Shown: one piece after another, positions 17,802-28,600 of the stretch
Position numbering within the stretch: the stretch's first letter is position 1
Layout: the number at the start of each line of letters is the position of its first letter
NCBI GenBank assembly: GCA_965552055.1
Contig: CBEVQO010000002.1
Coordinates: forward strand, 192,001 to 256,000
Length of the DNA: 64,000 nt
Direction of reading: 5' to 3'
DNA from: an uncultured bacterium
GTDB lineage: Bacteria; Hydrothermota; UBA3073; NMUJ01; CBEVQO01
The notes under the pieces: generated by a model
The model's database searches: none
The model's input: only the letters and a program-made list of their open reading frames with translations
Told to the model about the DNA's origin: nothing
Made by a program: the position numbers and the translations under genes

Positions 17802-18656
17802 TTATTTTTCTCCCACATAGATTTTTGCGTCATCAAAATAAGCAACTGCTCCGTAGTTTAGATAATTTGAGATACCAAAATAGTATGCCCCAAATGAAAA
17901 ATTGTATATCATGTAATCAGTCCATGCTGTAAGCGGAAATTTCCATTCATATTCTTTGTCATCAATGTATAGTTTAAAAATAATTCCATCATCTTTGCCA
18001 AATTTGCTGAAATCAGCTGATAATTCTGCCTTATACCATTTATTGCAATCAAGCGTAAATCCACCATTTAATGTTTCGAAATTTATTTCACCACCTGTTG
18101 CACCATATCCTGTTCCATATTTGATGAGTCCCTGACGATTAAATCCCACTATGGCGATATACCATTTGCCTTCTTCAAGGTCATAAAGGTCAACATCCAG
18201 CCACACACCAGCATCATATTCTCCAAATTGTCCCTTAGGTAGATAAAAATAAACAGAGATTTTCTTTAAAGGATTATCCCAATGTGTGAAATCGGGTGCC
18301 ACAAGAACACTCCTTACATTTTCTCCTGATCGTGGAACTGCGCAAGAAAACACAGGTGGCACAGTTAAGCGGAAAGACCTTACATTTCCTCCTGATTGTT
18401 GAACTGTCCATACTTTTGCACTCCTTTTACCCGAAAAAGAAACTTCTGTTGTGGTCTGGGCATGCTGGTCGGGCTTCTCAAGATGCCATTCATACTCAGG
18501 ATGTGCACTCTGCTCCTGCCAGTTTTCCGGGAAATCAAAAATTTTCTCGTATTCAAAGCCATCTTCTTTCAACAAATTCCAGTTTATATTCTCATTTTTA
18601 TTCTCATTTTGACGAAAACAATTTAGTATGAAAAGTATCAAAAGAATTCTTTTCAT
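17802..18656 (-). CDS. Hypothetical lipoprotein, beta-sandwich/lectin-like
   Basis: Signal with ILNC; DGFE...SGKRSAK...YFDDAKI pattern. Confidence 0.55.
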   Translation of the reverse strand: MKRILLILFILNCFRQNENKNENINWNLLKEDGFEYEKIFDFPENWQEQSAHPEYEWHLEKPDQHAQTTTEVSFSGKRSAKVWTVQQSGGNVRSFRLTVPPVFSCAVPRSGENVRSVLVAPDFTHWDNPLKKISVYFYLPKGQFGEYDAGVWLDVDLYDLEEGKWYIAIVGFNRQGLIKYGTGYGATGGEINFETLNGGFTLDCNKWYKAELSADFSKFGKDDGIIFKLYIDDKEYEWKFPLTAWTDYMIYNFSFGAYYFGISNYLNYGAVAYFDDAKIYVGEK

Positions 18657-18665
18657 TTTTCTATT

Positions 18666-19415
18666 TCATAATCCCCAAATAACATGCCACACTATATCTG
18701 TCCAGAAGTGTATGCCAACCGCAGCAAGAAACCCAAATTTCCTGAAGTAATAAGCGGAAAAAATTGAAAGCAAACCATTAAGAAGGAAAATTTCAAACAT
18801 TAAAGCAAACGGAATCTCGTTAACACTGTTCAAACCAAAAAACATAATTACAGAGGGAACATGTGCAGAAGCAAATACAAATGCCGATAAAATTGCCACA
18901 ATCCAGAAAATTTGATTTTGAAATCTATTTTTTAAAATCACACGAGAAATAAACCATACAAAGAATGAAATAAAAAATAGACGAAATATTATTTCTTCTC
19001 CAATAGCAGCACCAGCCGAAGCAACGAGAGAAGTAGGAAAGGGCGGATGAGGAAGTTGTCCCAAAGTATGAAATTTGCTCAAAGCGTTATCTGCAAAAAT
19101 GAAAAAAACACCCATAGCTATACCAGCAAGTGCAGGAATCAAAAATCTCTGTTTATTTGTAACTCTTGAATCCCATATATCGGCAAAGCCCAGTTTTTGT
19201 GAAAGAGTTAATCCAAGAAAGCCCAAACCACCATACAAAATAAGGATAACAATTGCATTTATAAGGGCAAGCAAAGGCTTAGAAAGAAGAGGTCTTTGTC
19301 CCGAATTCGATGGAAAAGAACCTTGAGGCAGAAAAACATTAACGGCTCCCAGAAGGGCGTAAGTTGTAACGAGACCAATATAAATTTTAATAGACAAAGA
19401 TAATCTCTTCTTCAT
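18666..19415 (-). CDS. CPBP/Abi (CAAX) intramembrane glutamic endopeptidase family
   Basis: EEIIFR, FASAH, HFWTD motifs; multi-TM. Confidence 0.85.
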   Translation of the reverse strand: MKKRLSLSIKIYIGLVTTYALLGAVNVFLPQGSFPSNSGQRPLLSKPLLALINAIVILILYGGLGFLGLTLSQKLGFADIWDSRVTNKQRFLIPALAGIAMGVFFIFADNALSKFHTLGQLPHPPFPTSLVASAGAAIGEEIIFRLFFISFFVWFISRVILKNRFQNQIFWIVAILSAFVFASAHVPSVIMFFGLNSVNEIPFALMFEIFLLNGLLSIFSAYYFRKFGFLAAVGIHFWTDIVWHVIWGL

Positions 19416-19486
19416 CCTTAATTATAATCTGGCTGTTGAAAAGTCAATGGATATTTATTGACACAGAATTTGATTTTGATGGGGTG

Positions 19487-20443
19487 ATGCTCATAAGTGT
19501 TGTAATTCCAACATATAACAGGGCAGATTGTATTGAAAAAGCTATAATAAGTGTTTTAAATCAGACCTGTAAAAATTTTGAGATAATAGTTGTGGATGAT
19601 GGCTCATCGGATGATACATATTTTAAAGTGAAGAAATATTTTCCGTATGTTAAATATTTTTATCAGGAAAATAAAGGGGTGGCGAGTGCACGAAATATGG
19701 GGATAAAGGTGTCAAAAGGCGAGTTTATAGCTTTGCTTGACTCCGATGATGTATTTCTGCCACAAAAATTAGAAATACAGATAAAAGAATTCGATGAAAA
19801 TACAGGAATTGTATTTTGCTCTGGCAAAAATATTGGTAAAAATGTGAAAATAGAGAAGGCAAAAGATTTATATGATGCAATCGAAAAATATTACACCATA
19901 ATAAAAGAGAAATTAAGGGTAGAAACATCATCTGCACTTATAAAAAGAAAAGTTTTTGAGAAAGCAGGTCTTTTTGATGAAAGTTTTAAAGTAAGGGAAG
20001 ACGATGAATTTTTCATGAGGGCATTAAAATTTTATGATTTTAAGATTGTTGGTAAAATTTTGATAAAGAAAGGAAAAAGAGAAGACCAGTTGAGTAAAAA
20101 TTTCCCTGATTTACAGCGAGAGATGTTGATAAAAGTTATAAGGCGACTTTATGATGTTTATCCCGAAAGTATTAGGGATTTTGAAACGCATTTTTACTGG
20201 GGTAGATGGCTCATGGCGAAATATGATGCTAAAGAATTATATTTTGAGATTAAAAGAGAATTTGATAAATGCATAAAATTGGCACCAGAATTTGCACCAC
20301 CTTATTTATTTATGGCATATCTTGAGAAGTTGAAAGGGAACGCAGATAAGTCAAAGTTTTATCTTAAGGAAGCGGTAAAGAAATTTAAAAATTTAAAAGA
20401 ATTAGAAAAATGGTTAAAGGTTTTGAACATCAAGGTTAAATGA
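19487..20443 (+). CDS. Glycosyltransferase family 2 with C-terminal TPR-like helix pair
   Basis: SVVIPTYNR, VVDDGSSD, ALLDSDD, EDDEF. Confidence 0.9.
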   Translation: MLISVVIPTYNRADCIEKAIISVLNQTCKNFEIIVVDDGSSDDTYFKVKKYFPYVKYFYQENKGVASARNMGIKVSKGEFIALLDSDDVFLPQKLEIQIKEFDENTGIVFCSGKNIGKNVKIEKAKDLYDAIEKYYTIIKEKLRVETSSALIKRKVFEKAGLFDESFKVREDDEFFMRALKFYDFKIVGKILIKKGKREDQLSKNFPDLQREMLIKVIRRLYDVYPESIRDFETHFYWGRWLMAKYDAKELYFEIKREFDKCIKLAPEFAPPYLFMAYLEKLKGNADKSKFYLKEAVKKFKNLKELEKWLKVLNIKVK

Positions 20444-20483
20444 ATGAGAAAAGGTTGACAATTTTTCATAATATATATTATTT

Positions 20484-21974
20484 ATGATGATTAAGTGTGC
20501 TTTATTTTCGTGCTACAAAAAGGATGGAATAGAAAAACTCGCTTTGGCTCTTAAATCCCGTTATAAAATCATTGCGAGCAGTGGAACAGCGAAATATTTG
20601 AGGAAAAAAGGAATAGATTGCGAAGAAATAAGCAAAATAACAGGACAAAAGGAAATACTCGGCGGTAGATATAAAACAATTCATCCATTAATAATCGCAG
20701 GTATACTCGCAAGAAGAGATTGCGAAGAAGATTTGAAAGAAATTAAAGAAATGAAAGGAATTTTGATAGATTTTGTCTGCTGCAATCTTTACCCATTTTT
20801 TGAAAAAAAATCTATTGAAAATATAGATATAGGTGGAGTAACGCTCATAAGAGCTGCTGCAAAAAATTATAAATGGGTTACTGTTTTGACATCACAGGAA
20901 GATTTTGGATGGGTTATCGAAAAACTAAAAAAGAATGAATTAACGGAAGAAGATAGAAAATATCTTGCACAAAAAGCTTTTGATTACACTGCAAAATTTG
21001 ATATTGAAATCGCAAAATTCATGGGTTCACGGAAGCTTTATATTGTTTGCGATGAATTTATGGATTTAAGATATGGTGAAAATCCGCATCAATCTGCAAA
21101 ATTTTATCGCCTCGAGGATTACGATGGATTATCTCTTTTTGACCTCGATAAATTGCATGGCAAAGAGATTTCCTACAATAATCTTTGTGATTTTGAGACC
21201 GCTCTCCTTATTGTAAAATCTTTTAAAGAACCATGCTGTGCGATTGTAAAGCATCAAAATCCATGTGGTGTCGCTGTAGCAGATAACATTTGTGATGCCT
21301 ATCTCAAAGCAGAGCAAAGTGACCCCCTTTCTTCTTTCGGAGGAATAATCGGATTTAATAGGACAGTAGATGCCGAAACCGCTGAAAAAATCAGTCAAAA
21401 ATTTATTGAAGGAATAATAGCACCTGATTTCACACAGGATGCAATTGCTATACTTTGCAGAAAAAAAAGGTTAATTCTTGTGAAAATAAATTTTGAAAAA
21501 AATTTACCATCAAAGATTTACAGATTTATATCTGGAGGTGTTCTTGTGCAAGATGCCGACATATTTGAAGACAATTATGACGAATGGAAAGTTGTAACAG
21601 AAGCTCATCCTGACGAAGAAGAATGGAAATGTGCTAAATTTGCATTTAAAATCTGTCGCTTTATAAAATCAAATGCAATTTGTATCGCGGATAGCAGTCA
21701 AAGTCTGGGAATAGGAGCAGGTCAGCCAAACAGAGTTGGTGCCGTTGAAATAGCTATAAAAAATATGGAAAGATTTGGTTTAAAGAGAGAAAAAATGGCT
21801 CTGGCATCTGATGGCTTCTTCCCTTTCCCTGATTCCGTTGAGCTCGGTATGAAGGCAGGAATTAAAGTTTTTGTGCAGCCAGGGGGTTCCATCCGGGATA
21901 AGGAAGTAATCGAATTCTGCAACAAACATGGACTTAAAATGATTTTCACAGGAAGAAGACATTTTAGACATTAA
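20484..21974 (+). CDS. purH: Bifunctional AICAR transformylase/IMP cyclohydrolase
   Basis: GGRYKTIHP, IENIDIGG, LRYGENPHQ, KHQNPCG, ASDGFFPF, QPGGSIRD, RHFRH. Confidence 0.97.
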   Translation: MMIKCALFSCYKKDGIEKLALALKSRYKIIASSGTAKYLRKKGIDCEEISKITGQKEILGGRYKTIHPLIIAGILARRDCEEDLKEIKEMKGILIDFVCCNLYPFFEKKSIENIDIGGVTLIRAAAKNYKWVTVLTSQEDFGWVIEKLKKNELTEEDRKYLAQKAFDYTAKFDIEIAKFMGSRKLYIVCDEFMDLRYGENPHQSAKFYRLEDYDGLSLFDLDKLHGKEISYNNLCDFETALLIVKSFKEPCCAIVKHQNPCGVAVADNICDAYLKAEQSDPLSSFGGIIGFNRTVDAETAEKISQKFIEGIIAPDFTQDAIAILCRKKRLILVKINFEKNLPSKIYRFISGGVLVQDADIFEDNYDEWKVVTEAHPDEEEWKCAKFAFKICRFIKSNAICIADSSQSLGIGAGQPNRVGAVEIAIKNMERFGLKREKMALASDGFFPFPDSVELGMKAGIKVFVQPGGSIRDKEVIEFCNKHGLKMIFTGRRHFRH

Positions 21975-22029
21975 AAAATTTTTTCTTGACATTCGTAGAA
22001 ATATATTTATAATTTAAAATAAGGAGGGT

Positions 22030-25000
22030 ATGATGAGGTGGTTAAGTGTATTGGTATTATTTGTGGGGACAGGTCTTGGAGCAAGAGTGATTGTTGAGGA
22101 AGATTTCGAAGATATGTTTCCTCCTGCACAGTGGGATACCGTACCCGTTAGCGCTACACCTGATAACGGATGGGAATGGGGACCTGGGCAATGGGGTTCA
22201 TCTTACGATGCCTATTCTGGCAGTAAATGTGCGATATTTAACTCTTACTCGTCGTCTAAGAACTACACCGAGGACCTTATAACAGATACATTTAACCTGA
22301 AATATGCAAGTGCATGCTCACTGAAATTCTATTACATAAACGAAGATGGTGATGATTCTGTAATTGTTTATTATTCAACGGATTCAGGTAAAACCTGGAT
22401 AGTGCTCGATACATTGAAAATAGAAGCAAACTGGACATTATACAAATATGACCTTCCTGATGGCAAAATGATTATGATAAAGTGGCGTGGATACAGTGAC
22501 TACGGATATTCAAATCCCGCTATTGACCTTGTTCAATTAACGGGAGAATTTTCACATGATGTTGCTGTTAAGGAAATAAATCTCTCCAATGTGCCAGCTG
22601 TACCTAACAGAGATGTGAATATTGAAGCAATTATAGAAAATCTCGGAACATCGGACGAAGCAAACATCCCTGTTTATTGCTATGTGATAAATGCTGCTGG
22701 GGATACTGATTTTGGTGATACCGTTATAATAAGTAGTTTAAATTCAGGCAAAGAAGACACAATTACCTGGCAATGTGCCGTTGCAGAACATGGTGATTAT
22801 GATGTGGTTGTAAAGACAAATCTAGCAGGTGATCAAAATTCTTTAAATAACACTAAGGAAGAATCTTTCCATTGTCTGCAATTAATTAATATGCCGTGGA
22901 GCTATGGGTTTGAAGAAACACCTTTCCCTCCATGTGGATGCTGGGAAATCTACAATTTTGATGGAGATGACCAGTGGGAACAAACCTCGTATTATGCACA
23001 TTCTGGTACTTTGTCTGTTTATTGTAAGTATGATACACCAAATAATGACTGGCTGATTTTGCCACCGGTTATTGCAACATCCAATCAGGATACACTCATC
23101 TTCTGGTACAGGGCAAGGTCTTCATCCTATGAGGAACACTTTAATGTGAGACTGGTCAAAGGAGTAACAACAGATACTTCGCAATACAGCATTATATGGG
23201 ATACTACTACTGATACTACAGAATTTGTGGAAGCAAAAATAGTACTTACATCTCTATCAGAAGGTGATACTTTCAGGATAGCATTCCATTACGATGCAGA
23301 TAACCAGTATGGAATTTATATTGATGATGTGGAGTTCAGGAGTGGTAAAGTTTATAACAATGATGTCGCTGTGACTTCTGTTAGCTGTAAGCCAGCAGTA
23401 GTATTGCCTTTGCATACAGATACAATCAGTGCTGTGATAAAAAATTGTGGTTTGAATCCACAAAATAACTTTGATGTAACGATTACTATAATTGGTCCTT
23501 CAAATGACACTATTTTCTGCGACACTGTAACGATAGGAGCACTTGCTTACAGTGAAGAAACCACGATTGTGAAATATGCGAGCGGACATTCGGAACATGG
23601 AGATTACATAGTTTATGTAAAGACGCATTTGCCTTCTGATGAGAATACATCGAATGATAGTCGCAGTACAATTTATCACTGTCTGCAGTTGATCAATATG
23701 CCATGGAGCTATGGGTTTGAAGAAACACCTTTCCCTCCGTGCAAATGCTGGAAAATCTACAATTTTGATGGAGGTGACCAGTGGGAACAAACCTCGTATT
23801 ATGTACACTCGGGTAACTTCTCTGTTTATTGCAATTATGATAAGCCAAATAATGACTGGCTGATTTTGCCACCGGTTATTGCAACATCCAATCAGGATAC
23901 ACTCATCTTCTGGTACAGGGCAAGGTCTTCATCCTGGACCGAACACTTTAATGTGAGACTGGCTAAAGGAATAACAACTGATATTTCGCAATACAGCATT
24001 ATATGGGATACTTCTACCACTGCAACGGAATTCCAGCAGAAGAAAATAGTACTTACATCTCTATCGGAAGGTGATACTTTCAGGATAGCATTCCATTACG
24101 ATACTTCTGATCAGTATGGAATTTATATTGATGATGTGGAGTTCAGGAGTGGTAAAATTTATGACAACGATATTGCTGTGACCTCTGTTAGCTGTAAGCC
24201 TGTGGCTGTTGAGCCATCAGAAGTAGAAACTGTAACTGCCAGAGTGCTTAATGCAGGCTATAACGACCAGAGCAATTTCAAAGTGAAAATTTTTGTCGTT
24301 AGTCCTTCCAAGGATACTGTATATAAGGATAGTGCAAATGTTGGGTTGCTTACTTCATTCTCCGATACTACGCTCCAATGGATGGTAACCGGCTATACAG
24401 AGCATGGTGACCACATTGTCTATGTGATAGCATGTCTATCAGGTGATGAGAACTCGTATAACGATAAGAAATCATCATCTTTCCATGTAAAGGCTAAAGT
24501 TACCGCACCATGGAGCGAGGGCTTCGAAAGTGCTACTTTCCCGCCATGTCCTTGCTGGACAGATGTTTACGGAAACTGGGAAAGATATGAAAGCTCTTCT
24601 AATGCACATTCAGGTGCAGGATATGCACACATCGACTTTAATGTACCAGAAGGTGAAGGAATTTTAATAACACCTACATTGGATGTGGGTTATTATGATA
24701 CGCTGATATTCTGGTGGAAAGAAGCAGATTATAAGGGCAAAGATATAGGTCATGATTCTACTTTCGTTGAAATATCAAGGGATAATGGTGCCACATGGAT
24801 TGTATGGAAAGTTTTGAAAGCAGAGCATTCAGCAACATGGCATGCCGAGACACTGGTATTCGGTGATTTGTGGAGCCATGAGCTGAAAATCAGGTGGAGA
24901 TATGAGACCGATGGTTCAGCATCGGCATATGGATTTAACCTGGATGACATTGAATTAAGAGCAGGAGGATATCGCCATGATATCGGTATATCATCGATAA

Positions 25001-25605
25001 CATTTAAACCAGATACAGGAATTAAGGGTGAAGAAGATACAATCTCGATAAAGGTTACAAATAATGGAAACTATGATGAAAACTTCACTCTCATTAAAAT
25101 TGTTAAAACACCTTCGGAAGAAATAGGATACTGTGATACCATGGAGGGATTATTCCTGCAGGCATACACAGATACCGTTATCACATTCTACTACACACCT
25201 GATACCATAGGTAATCATCTCGTTATTGCAAAAGTAATGCTAACAGGTGACGAAAATACATCCAACGATGAAAAAATAGACACTCTGTATGTGAAACTGC
25301 CACCAGGTTTCGCATCCATCCGTATTAAGCGCTTATATTTGAAACAGAATATACCTAATCCTTTCGTAAACTTAACAAGGATAGAGGTCGGACTACCAGC
25401 GAAACAGAGCTTCACACTGAAGATTTACGATGTGTCAGGAAGATGTGTGAAAGTATATCGCTATGAATCTGCATCACCCGGAATATACATCATAAAATGG
25501 AATGGAACAGATAATAAGGGTAAGAAGTTACCGGCAGGAGTATACTATTGTAAGCTTCAAACAAAGAATAAGGTAATAACCAGAAAAATGGTGAAGATAA
25601 AGTAA
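22030..25605 (+). CDS. Large secreted protein: alternating cleaved-adhesin (choice-of-anchor J)-like and CARDB domains, C-terminal FlgD-Ig/T9SS-like domain
   Basis: Signal peptide; EDFE/GFE..FPP..W...NDWLI...YIDDV modules; HDVAV..DEN..ND CARDB; QNIPNPF...WNGTD..G..LPAGVY. Confidence 0.8.
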   Translation: MMRWLSVLVLFVGTGLGARVIVEEDFEDMFPPAQWDTVPVSATPDNGWEWGPGQWGSSYDAYSGSKCAIFNSYSSSKNYTEDLITDTFNLKYASACSLKFYYINEDGDDSVIVYYSTDSGKTWIVLDTLKIEANWTLYKYDLPDGKMIMIKWRGYSDYGYSNPAIDLVQLTGEFSHDVAVKEINLSNVPAVPNRDVNIEAIIENLGTSDEANIPVYCYVINAAGDTDFGDTVIISSLNSGKEDTITWQCAVAEHGDYDVVVKTNLAGDQNSLNNTKEESFHCLQLINMPWSYGFEETPFPPCGCWEIYNFDGDDQWEQTSYYAHSGTLSVYCKYDTPNNDWLILPPVIATSNQDTLIFWYRARSSSYEEHFNVRLVKGVTTDTSQYSIIWDTTTDTTEFVEAKIVLTSLSEGDTFRIAFHYDADNQYGIYIDDVEFRSGKVYNNDVAVTSVSCKPAVVLPLHTDTISAVIKNCGLNPQNNFDVTITIIGPSNDTIFCDTVTIGALAYSEETTIVKYASGHSEHGDYIVYVKTHLPSDENTSNDSRSTIYHCLQLINMPWSYGFEETPFPPCKCWKIYNFDGGDQWEQTSYYVHSGNFSVYCNYDKPNNDWLILPPVIATSNQDTLIFWYRARSSSWTEHFNVRLAKGITTDISQYSIIWDTSTTATEFQQKKIVLTSLSEGDTFRIAFHYDTSDQYGIYIDDVEFRSGKIYDNDIAVTSVSCKPVAVEPSEVETVTARVLNAGYNDQSNFKVKIFVVSPSKDTVYKDSANVGLLTSFSDTTLQWMVTGYTEHGDHIVYVIACLSGDENSYNDKKSSSFHVKAKVTAPWSEGFESATFPPCPCWTDVYGNWERYESSSNAHSGAGYAHIDFNVPEGEGILITPTLDVGYYDTLIFWWKEADYKGKDIGHDSTFVEISRDNGATWIVWKVLKAEHSATWHAETLVFGDLWSHELKIRWRYETDGSASAYGFNLDDIELRAGGYRHDIGISSITFKPDTGIKGEEDTISIKVTNNGNYDENFTLIKIVKTPSEEIGYCDTMEGLFLQAYTDTVITFYYTPDTIGNHLVIAKVMLTGDENTSNDEKIDTLYVKLPPGFASIRIKRLYLKQNIPNPFVNLTRIEVGLPAKQSFTLKIYDVSGRCVKVYRYESASPGIYIIKWNGTDNKGKKLPAGVYYCKLQTKNKVITRKMVKIK
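22888..24200 (+). repeat. Internal tandem duplication: near-identical ~505-nt adhesin modules at 22888-23393 and 23695-24200 (807-nt period)
   Basis: Long identical nucleotide stretches, e.g. aataatgactggctgattttgccaccggttattgcaacatccaatcaggatacactcatcttctggtacagggcaaggtcttcatcc. Confidence 0.9.
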
Positions 25606-25618
25606 ATTAGGAGGTATC

Positions 25619-28600
25619 ATGAAGTGGCTTTGCGCATTGCTGTTGTTTGTGGGGACAGGTCTTGGAGCAACTGTGATTATTGAGGAAGATTTCGAAGATA
25701 TGTTTCCTCCTGCACAGTGGGATACCGTACCCGTTAGTGGCTCCGATTATGGATGGGTATGGGGCGATGGTTCATCAGGTGGAGACCCAGACAATGCTTA
25801 TTCTGGCTCAAAATATGCGAGATTTTACTCTTATTTATCGAGCGATGGATATGAAGAAGATTTAATAACAGATACTTTCGACTTAACATCTGTCGCAAAC
25901 TGTACACTTTCTTTCTATTACATCAACGAATACGATAACACATCTCCTCCTGGTAAGGACTGGGTAAAGGTCTATTATTCTGTTGATTCGGGTAAAAGCT
26001 GGGTGGAACTTGATTCACTCGGGATAAAAGATGCATGGACACATTTTGAGTATGCTTTACCAGATAGCAAAATCATAATGATAAAATTCAGGGGACACAG
26101 TGATTACGGATACACAAATCCATGTATCGACCTTTTCAGAATTAAGGGACAAATTGCCCATAACATTGCAGTAAAATCTCTAAGCTTAAGCCACGATGCT
26201 ATACCACCAAATTACACTCTCACGATAACTGCTGTGATAAAAAATAAAGGAACATCAAACGAATCTAATGTTCCTGTATATTGCTGGATTAAAAATCCTT
26301 CGGATAGCATTGTATTTGGAGATACTGTAACAATTGGAGAATTAAAATCAGATAGCGATACTGTTATCACATGGAATTATGGTGATGCAACGGAGCACGG
26401 AGATTATACTGTGATAGTGAAGGCAAACTTATCAAATGATGCGTATCACAACGATGATAAGAAAGAAGAAAGTTTCCATTGCATGGAAATACAAAATATG
26501 CCGTGGAGCTATGGGTTTGAAGAAATACCTTTCCCTCCATGTGGATGCTGGAAGATTTACAACTTCGATGGTGGTGACCAGTGGGAGCAAACTTCAGATG
26601 ATGCACACTCAGGTAACTTCTCCGTTTATTGCCGTTATGACATACCAAATAACGACTGGCTGATTTTACCGCCAATTATCGCAAAATCCAATAACGATAC
26701 ACTCATCTTCTGGTACAGGGCAAGGTCTTCATGGGGAACCGAGCACTTTAATGTGAGACTGGCTACAGGAGTAACAACTGATACTTCGCAATACAGCATT
26801 ATATGGGATACTTCTACCACTGCAACGGAATTCCAGCAGAAGAAAATAGTACTCTCAACCTTAATCCCCGGTGATACTTTCAGGATAGCATTCCATTACG
26901 ATTCCGATAATGAGTATGGAATTTACATTGACGATGTGGAGTTTAAGAAGGGTAAGGTTTACAACAATGATGTCGCTGTGACTTCTGTTAGCTGTAAGCC
27001 TGTGGCTGTTGAAACATCCGAAGTAGAAACTGTAACTGCCAGAGTGCTTAATGCAGGTTATAACGACCAGAGCAATTTCAAAGTGAAAATTTATGTAGTG
27101 AGTCCTTCCAGCGATACTTTATTTAGAGATAGTGCAAATATTGGGTTGCTTACTTCATTTTCCGATACTACGCTCCAATGGATGGTAACCGGTTATACAG
27201 AGCATGGTGACCACATTGTCTATGTGAAAACATGTTTATCCGGTGACGAGAACCCGTATAACGATATGAAATCGTCATATTTCCATGTAAAAGGCAAAAT
27301 CATTGCACCATGGAGCGAGGGCTTCGAAGGTACCACTTTCCCGCCATGTCTGTGCTGGACAGATGTTTATGGAAACTGGAAAAGATATGAAGACCCCTCT
27401 TATGCACATTCAGGTGCAGGATACGCACATATTGATTATGATGTATCAGAAGGTGAAGGAATTTTAATAACACCTACAATAGATGCAGGTTATTTCGATA
27501 CGCTGATATTCTGGTGGAAAGAAGCAGATTATAAGGGCAAAGATATAGGTCATGATTCTACTTTCGTTGAAATATCAAAGGATAATGGTACCACATGGAT
27601 TGTATGGAAAGTATTGAAAGTAGAGCATTCATCAACATGGTATGCCGAGACACTTATATTCGGTGAAAATTGTGGTCCCGAGGTAAAAATAAGATGGAGA
27701 TATCAGACAGACCGCTCCTATTCAGCATACGGATTTAATCTGGACGATATAGAACTGAAAGCAGGAGTAAGATATGACCACGATGTAGGAGTAGTGAAAG
27801 CAACATTTTTACCAGAAATCTGCGCAAAGAAGCAACAGGATACGATAAAAATAAAAGTAATAAATTACGGGAAAAATGACGAAACCTTTGACCTTGTTAA
27901 AATAGTGAAAAAACCTTCAGGACAAATAGATTATTGCGATACTACAAAAGGAATATTCTTAAAATCATACAAAGATACTTTTATCATGTTTTGTTACACA
28001 CCGGATACATTGGGAAAACATCCGGTTATCGCAAGGGTAATATTAACGGATGAAAATCCAGCGGATAATGAAATTGTGGATACTCTAAATGTAACATTTC
28101 CCGACATTTATGGATGCTGTAAAATAGGAGGGGATGGAATAGCGGATGTTGGTGAGGATAGTGTAGAATTAATTATAACGCTTGTAAATGATGGTGCTTA
28201 TGCTTATTGTGTTTCATGTTCGCTTTCGGAGAATGAGGAAAATGCAGAGTTGATAGGAACTGCAAAGCAAACCTATGGAGATATTCCATATAAAGGTGAA
28301 GCAAGTAAGAAATTCATGTTCAATGTGCTAAATACTGCAAGCGATGGAGAAATTTTAAGCTTTATTCTACACATAAAGGACACAATGGGCTATTACGCAC
28401 AGGATACGGTCAACATCATGGTAGGAGGTAAGAAATGGACAATTATGGTCTACATTATAGGAGATAACAACCTGGGAGATGTTGTTAATGGCGATATTGA
28501 TGAGATGGAGAGTGCTGGTTCCGATGAAAATATAAATATTCTTGTGCAAATAGATGGCAACCCATCTTATACTTATAATGATCTAAGCGGAGCAAGGAGT

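Noticed and set aside
18312..18406. Two 29-nt direct repeats (18312-18340, 18378-18406) separated by 37 nt, CRISPR-like dimensions
   Set aside because: Only two copies with 4 mismatches, in-frame (66-nt period) inside an intact lipoprotein ORF, no cas genes; best read as an intragenic duplication
14165..21974. purD and purH as a disrupted purHD operon
   Set aside because: They are divergent, each with a separate promoter; a simple insertion cannot explain it and dispersed pur genes are common
22888..27766. Diversity-generating retroelement template/variable repeats
   Set aside because: Differences between copies are not visibly adenine-specific, all copies are coding, and no reverse transcriptase is present
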